From Azolla caroliniana (lineage: Eukaryota > Plantae > Polypodiophyta), in assembly GCA_043228905.1 (NCBI GenBank), contig JBHGNT010000020.1, forward strand, positions 1,178,001 to 1,242,000: a DNA stretch of 64,000 bases, read 5' to 3'. Below the pieces are notes generated by a model, which did not search any database, was not told the DNA's origin, and worked only from the letters and a program-made list of their open reading frames with translations. A program made the translations under genes and the position numbers. Every line of letters starts with the position of its first letter. The stretch's first letter is position 1. Shown one piece after another: positions 62,301-64,000 of this stretch.

Positions 62301-64000
62301 GCCCGTAGCCACCTCCATTTGGACATCGTCATCCGTGGCTACCCCACCTCCGTATATGCAAGCATCACTTAGGCTTGCCGCCTCCTCTTCCACAGTCTCC
62401 ATACTGTTGTCTCGGTTGCCCGCCTTGCCGCCACCACCGCCCGTCACTCTAGGTCTCACGCCGGCAATCGGGCCGACCGCCGGTGCCTCTAGGGCCGGTG
62501 TGTGTAAGGTCGCGGCACCGCCGCTTGTCTCGTCCCCGCTCGATGTTTCGGGCTTCCATGCCCGAACTCTCTCATGTCCGCTCGAACCGGCGATCGCCGC
62601 CTCACCGTCCCCGACCTCGTCCTCGGTCGATCTTTCTCCGCATGTCGAGAGGGTGGCTCGCTCCGCACCCTCTCCCGTGGTACCGATGTACCATTCTCTT
62701 TCGGCCTCCTCATCCTCCGATCTGCTCGGGCCCGACTCCGCAATAAGCCCTTCTTCGGCTTCGATTTGTGCCTCTACGATCTCGTACACTTCCCGCACCA
62801 AGGCTTCGATGTCGAGCTCCTCCGAACCGATTTGCGTTGAGCTCTCTTCCGGCGTTAGTGCGTAGTCGGTCACCGCTCTCTCTTCTCCGCCGCTCGCAAG
62901 CCGCGTTGTGGCCGACCGCCTCTCATCACATTGTATGCACGCCCATTCCACCTTGTTCCAATCGTCGGTGAAGCCGTACGCCCCTTCATCATCTTCGAGG
63001 TAGGGAAAAATGGCCATTCTCCCCCTTTCGTTGACCGACTTCAAGAATAGTAGGACCTTGTCCGCCCCCACCGATTCTTGATCCCGGACTGAAAGTTGGG
63101 AAAACCGGAGATCGAACTCCCGGAATGCCTTCATTGCGCTTCGAGGAGCCTTTGCCGACGACACCCATAGATCGAACTCGCGTCGATCGTACTTGTACGC
63201 CTCTTCCCGTCTTTCTCTCCTTCTTGCGAAATCCCTTGTCATTCTCGTCATTACTTCCGCGATGTCTCCGGCTTCCATCTCCTTCCTCCCTTGCCGCCTC
63301 TTCACGTCGGGTTCACCAAAGATGTCGCGTTGCTACGCGCGTGCGTGGAGAAGGGCGAGACCACAAGGGTCTTGGACTAAGGAGTAGAGGAGAAGGAATC
63401 GGACATGGAATGGAAGCTTTTCTCAAGAAGAAGGAGAATGAACAAGAGATTAGATCGAACAAGTGGAAGATGGAGACAAGATGATCAACAAGATATATTA
63501 AAACGAAATGAACGATTACAAAATGGTGGCCGCATAGGCCGCACCAAACGACTACTCGAAACCCTAACCGACGAAGATGAAGATAAAGATAAAGAAACCC
63601 TAACCCTAACCCTAACGCTCGACCTATGTGGTATACCTCGCACACTCAAAATAGGCAACCCCCACAATGGTGCCTTCCCTCTCCTTTTATAGCACAAGGA
63701 GGGAAGACCATTTACAAAGTGAGACTAAAACATCCCCTTTCACTCAAAGGGGATATTTGCCTTGATTTGGGGAGGGTGAGATTGATGGCCGCTTAACTCC
63801 CACCTCCACACAAACAACTAGGTACCTATGTACCGCATAGTACCTCTCTCTCTCACGCGCGTGGATGTGCGCACAAGACCACATCACCTTTATACCTTAG
63901 GGATCCTATGGGGCATTTCTAGCACCATACACTTTACCCTTATTACTATTACAAATACATTATGTACGTGTGCAACGTTGCACATCGCTCTTTGGCTCTC
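59343..64000 (-). mobile_element. pol-less (non-autonomous) gypsy-type LTR element, tRNA-Trp primed
   Basis: 3' LTR 59343-60061 (TGTCG..CGACA); 5' LTR from 63323 past the window edge, about 10 differences. PBS TGGTGAACCCGACGTGAA (63301-63318) is the complement of the plant tRNA-Trp 3' end. PPT AGGTGGGGACGGA. Confidence 0.9.
60309..63305 (-). pseudogene. Gag-derived ~1000-codon frame with repeated acidic modules and one internal stop
   Basis: ORFs 61560-63305 and 60309-61538 share a frame. N-terminus (FREFDLRFSQLS..DKVLLFLK..LEDD..TDDW) is gag-like. No PR, RT or IN motifs. Confidence 0.7.

Overview
Plant nuclear DNA, probably from a seed-free plant such as a fern (inferred from Tcn1-type chromoviruses and a fern-style PPR fragment). 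About 90% of it is a nest of transposons. The only apparently live host gene is the 5' end of TSR1 (two exons, - strand, running off the left edge) with a telo-box. Next comes a decayed Sola-like (DUF7869-type) DNA-transposase gene lying head-to-head with a decayed, intron-containing gene that has a ParB/Srx-like domain and an amino-methyltransferase-like NIPY motif. The transposase gene is split by a young, intact chromovirus (4736-10418). Other elements: three further Tcn1-like copies, five Ty1/copia elements or remnants, two non-chromovirus gypsy remnants, solo LTRs, and a pol-less Trp-primed LTR element. There are also U2, PPR and TGS1 fragments and a ~6.7 kb higher-order array derived from tRNA-Asn that holds two intact-looking tRNA-Asn(GTT) genes. 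Best novelty candidates: (1) the Sola-like transposase paired with the ParB-MTase-like gene; (2) antisense tRNA-like A/B-box cassettes at the U3 start of several different LTR families; (3) the tRNA-Asn array. Family and domain assignments come from motif recognition by eye, not from database searches.
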